Positions 25,901 to 26,318 of a stretch of DNA of 26,318 nucleotides are shown here, piece by piece. The translations under genes and the position numbers were made by a program. The notes beneath the pieces were generated by a model that saw only the letters and a list, made by a program, of their open reading frames with translations, did not search any database and was not told the origin of the DNA. This DNA is from a virus (taxonomy: Duplodnaviria > Caudoviricetes): IMG/VR virus record IMGVR_UViG_3300017914_001091, positions 1 to 26,318 of that record. One strand, given 5' to 3'. Each line of letters opens with the position of its first letter. Within the stretch, counting starts at the first letter, position 1.

Positions 25901-26318
25901 ACCGACCGCATGAACAACGATGATAAGTTGCGCATGATAAATCTATTGGCTGATGCCGAGAGATACCAAAGGTCTGTAGAGAACTCTAAAGATGACGTAG
26001 AGAAGAATGCGGCTATGGATAAGCTTGACAACCTTCGAGCTGAAATGAAAGACATTCTTCTACAGTATCCAAGTGAAGTGTCGTATGAATACGCAGAGTC
26101 TGAGACAAAGCAGAAATACGAGGCGATGGCTATGGTATCGTTCCGTGAAGAGCAAGGCCTTGAGGAAGGTGAGACTGTTACAGGTGTTACGGAAGAGCAG
26201 ATTAAAAAGAGAACTGTAGAGCTATGGATGGACGATGTAGTCAAAGGCAAGGAAAAGAACAACGAGCCTTTGGTTATGCTTCCTGGATTTAGAGTGTCTG
26301 AACTTGGTGATTATGTAC
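22997..26318 (+). CDS. Large virion protein (probable ejection protein), >1107 aa, 3' truncated; missing from the ORF track
   Basis: ATG 22997 overlaps the previous stop (TAATG). Reads MIVNNNIPQAQPTEPKKKF..., and the same frame is still open at the window end (...PGFRVSELGDYV). Contains a hydrophobic Gly/Ala segment (SLPITSLFMLRPELGLAAVAATSYGSAL, about 25110-25195) and coiled coils. Confidence 0.85.
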   Translation, partial: MIVNNNIPQAQPTEPKKKFSAKKSYEWLNTFNKEHGGKLTENQIAQFSKDPKFWFRDIYGFSGVKMPSQLELDNIYDSFLMEESPEPSDKGRVLNTAEASQKKKNLELQSSLAQDVSSLVSQKKQPKTSKPSQPQGDLRDEEFSGFDQYDIYQMPANFENAGKVDWARIKNEKAPVKRGNSEQAISEYNDKNKLYISEQRMLEEAERDLGEDFWLRPKIMPDNPRMFNEGATVSMQIENQDASFFNMNEEDAESEFNTTYGRFGFSAKQTGVASNKLLITAPNGETKEVQLFTPAYKIKAGVVGDELYREQVQRNNLVDWMKGSASQSFDFLYDGLQNENPGFIKQFVELKFNDGLYNTVNKDVLNDVDMAFLYPTNQGLGFNYVMAEQYLQSALFDAKRNLLAEKQKSKEDYVSSGGRPVSYSAKTQSKRDAKLRVENLQGEYDRYISQKEVISQNIGHAFLNTGKYRDYDFANNEESVRELAIVGLSPLDMPLEQIRLNGKASTAREVQTIMGDVSMLADIREGRIDIQIDDKYEFGSLTMQNVVAQAKALQKRNKAFYLTVNPENTEKMNEALEFATNAPKFAPWWMKAKTNVGDFFQQFGISVMDAVSHVDYAVNDMYELAGLDPEQARKEQRKTAFDGTETGNNLRAMSRGGMMPMRDPIHPSVVKELREEYLPFYNTSITDVESFAELMVKGGDGLAQSLPITSLFMLRPELGLAAVAATSYGSALYEIDEKIKLAIEAGDAGAVREFEQLKLAEMSKGDARAHALSLAATETAITRVFTYNFFRKAMAAKNFAGTKNAINAQKLANAYGKDFYATTLRRYSTYLGISPSAMATEFTEEEAIALSRMAIEQAWGVKDYTHEEMMEYVESTGLNSLFSSIGLSQMAAAGHRRNYKNVVNQTLQNNIIVDNEARHVQRFVDADKLLKQEQGKENPNQEVIAGLEDVVSREAEVLSTFRKRKQELTDRMNNDDKLRMINLLADAERYQRSVENSKDDVEKNAAMDKLDNLRAEMKDILLQYPSEVSYEYAESETKQKYEAMAMVSFREEQGLEEGETVTGVTEEQIKKRTVELWMDDVVKGKEKNNEPLVMLPGFRVSELGDYV
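23298..23385 (+). other. Candidate -1 frameshift / transcriptional slippage cassette (A10 run, A_AAA_AAG, two hairpins, -1 frame stop at 23383-23385)
   Basis: Codons CAA AAA AAA AAG put the heptamer 23302-23308 in the correct phase. Hairpins CGTCTT/AAGACG (23325-23342) and CTTCTTT/AAAGAAG (23346-23368) follow. Confidence 0.4.

Larger units (their letters stand above)
1..26318 (+). mobile_element. Bacteriophage (Caudoviricetes, podovirus-like, probable Bacteroidota/Flavobacteriia host) morphogenesis region
   Basis: Co-oriented terminase-portal-scaffold-capsid-tail-internal protein gene order. No host genes and no tape measure or sheath gene in the window. Bacteroidota-type TAnnTTTG promoters. 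Cannot tell free phage from prophage (no integrase or att site visible). Confidence 0.93.

Noticed and set aside
1-26318. Stop-codon reassignment as in some crAss-like phages
   Set aside because: Long ORFs are intact under code 11. TAG (15210, 21040) and TGA (4522, 5079, 7575) stops are directly followed or overlapped by the next start, so all three stops are in normal use.

Overview
The whole window is the virion structure/packaging region of a tailed dsDNA phage, very probably a podovirus-like phage of Bacteroidota (Flavobacteriia-type host). All real genes are on the + strand and tightly packed. Gene order: 5'-truncated mosaic tail fibre; adhesin with a LamG/ConA-like domain; three small ORFs; GroES-like co-chaperonin; probable terminase small subunit; terminase large subunit; portal; scaffold; major capsid protein; three conserved structural proteins; a tail stabilization (P22 gp10-like) protein apparently split into two genes; then three probable DNA-ejection/internal virion proteins. 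The last of these (>1100 aa) runs off the window and is missing from the ORF track. The host inference rests on TAnnTTTG (-7) promoter boxes in the larger intergenic gaps and AT-rich, Shine-Dalgarno-free start regions. The most notable observations are two candidate recoding sites: an in-phase A10/A_AAA_AAG slippery site with downstream hairpins in the giant virion gene, and an ATG-less terminase large subunit overlapping the small subunit in the +1 frame. Product calls come from motifs and synteny read by eye; no database search was run.
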